Source of the DNA: the human T2T-CHM13v2.0 reference genome, Homo sapiens
Assembly (NCBI RefSeq): GCF_009914755.1
Contig: NC_060939.1
Strand: one strand, 5' to 3'
Length of the DNA: 64,000 nucleotides
Each line of letters opens with the position of its first letter. The first letter of the stretch is position 1. Both the position numbers and the translations under genes were made by a program. Shown one piece after another: positions 62,851 to 64,000 of this stretch. Below the pieces are notes generated by a model. It was not told the origin of the DNA. It saw only the letters and a program-made list of their open reading frames with translations, and did no database searches.

Positions 62851-64000
62851 AGGATTGATATTAATACAAGGAATAAGCTGGAGGAGGGCCTGCTGATGAG
62901 ATCCTGCAATTGTTCTAAATGTAAAGAAAGGTCATATGTTTTGAGTAGCAAACAAGAGGTGAGAATGTAAATACAGAAGGTGCTACAGATGAAAACTATT
63001 TGTTCACTTGAACTTAGTTGAAAAATATCAGATTTGGGTATTTTGTGGTGTGAATTCAAATTGTAAGTTTTATTATAGAAAAAGTATGAGAGGATGGTGT
63101 CTAATAAATATAAATAGACTGTTGATTCTCTAATACTGAGTGGAGAATTACTGCTATACGTTTCTGTTGTTTCAGAGGTATCTTTGCTTATTAATGAATT
63201 CAATTTCTCTCCATGCACTCCCCGAACTAAACATTATTGTCTGACCTGGAAGAGCAAATTCATCCTTTTCAAAACTATAAACATTATTATTTAATAGATT
63301 TGGATAGAAACAAAATTATTACATGCTCTGCAGAAAGCAAAATTAGTCATGTCAGGAAAATCTTCATCCAAATAAGTTAAATAAGTTGATTAGGAGAAAG
63401 ACACAGGAGAGCAGGTTGTCATTTGAGCTGGGATAGAGTAAAAAATATAAATAAATTTTTTGGTTGCTTTTTACTGTCAAAAACTCAGTAAAATAGTTGA
63501 GATTTGAGGACAGGAGTGAAGGAAGAAATAAAATGAGCATAATGAATGTGTCGGGAGAGATTATTCTAAGGGGGAAGGGAAGTGCAAAACAGCAGAGCAG
63601 GGAGTCTGGAAAGGGCTCAGGGGACTCAAGGAAGTCAGTCTGAAGCAGAGAGTTGTGTTTTTATCAAATTTCACCAAGTCTGTGATATTCTTCTGAGCAA
63701 TACACAGTACATTACCCCATGCCGTTGTAATAAATAATTCATTTACTATTTTGCATGGGTAGAAAAGCAGTGGCGCCATTTTGACTTCCTACTGGCACTC
63801 CCACTTTTTTTCAAGGGAAATGAGTGCTTCTCATCTCTGCAAACATCTCCCAACTGCAAGAAAGGCAGTAAGCAAATTTCTATACCTGGCTGGCAAACAG
63901 GATTCATTTCTTTCTTTGAATTTAGAAACTGTCACTTCTGGGTTTCTTTTGTGAGAAATAGTTCCCATAACAACCTGAGAAGCCAGACCTCTGGGGGACC

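Overview
Primate (most likely human-type) genomic DNA. It is AT-rich, gene-poor and dominated by interspersed repeats: L1 relics of many ages, 7 Alus, MaLR/ERVL/ERVK solo LTRs, hAT and Tigger DNA-transposon relics, L2/MIR and microsatellites. I see no intact protein-coding gene, CpG island, rRNA or functional tRNA. The longer ORF-track hits are L1 ORF1/ORF2 or Alu translation artefacts. I found no convincing new biological system. The best observations are (i) sequence records of unusual retrotransposition events: a probable L1 3' transduction ending at a MaLR poly(A) signal, a ~130-bp twin-primed L1, an Alu inserted into an L1's own target-site duplication (TSD), an MST provirus lacking its 5' LTR but keeping a TSD, and a PBS-like relic inside an HML-6 solo LTR; (ii) a + strand bias of retroelements suggesting an intron of a long minus-strand transcript; and (iii) several non-repetitive enhancer-like islands (about 19.3-20.8, 46.3, 49.0, 51.6-54.4, 57.3-57.8 and 63.8 kb). 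Subfamily names come from remembered consensus motifs, not from an alignment run. Boundaries of old elements are approximate.
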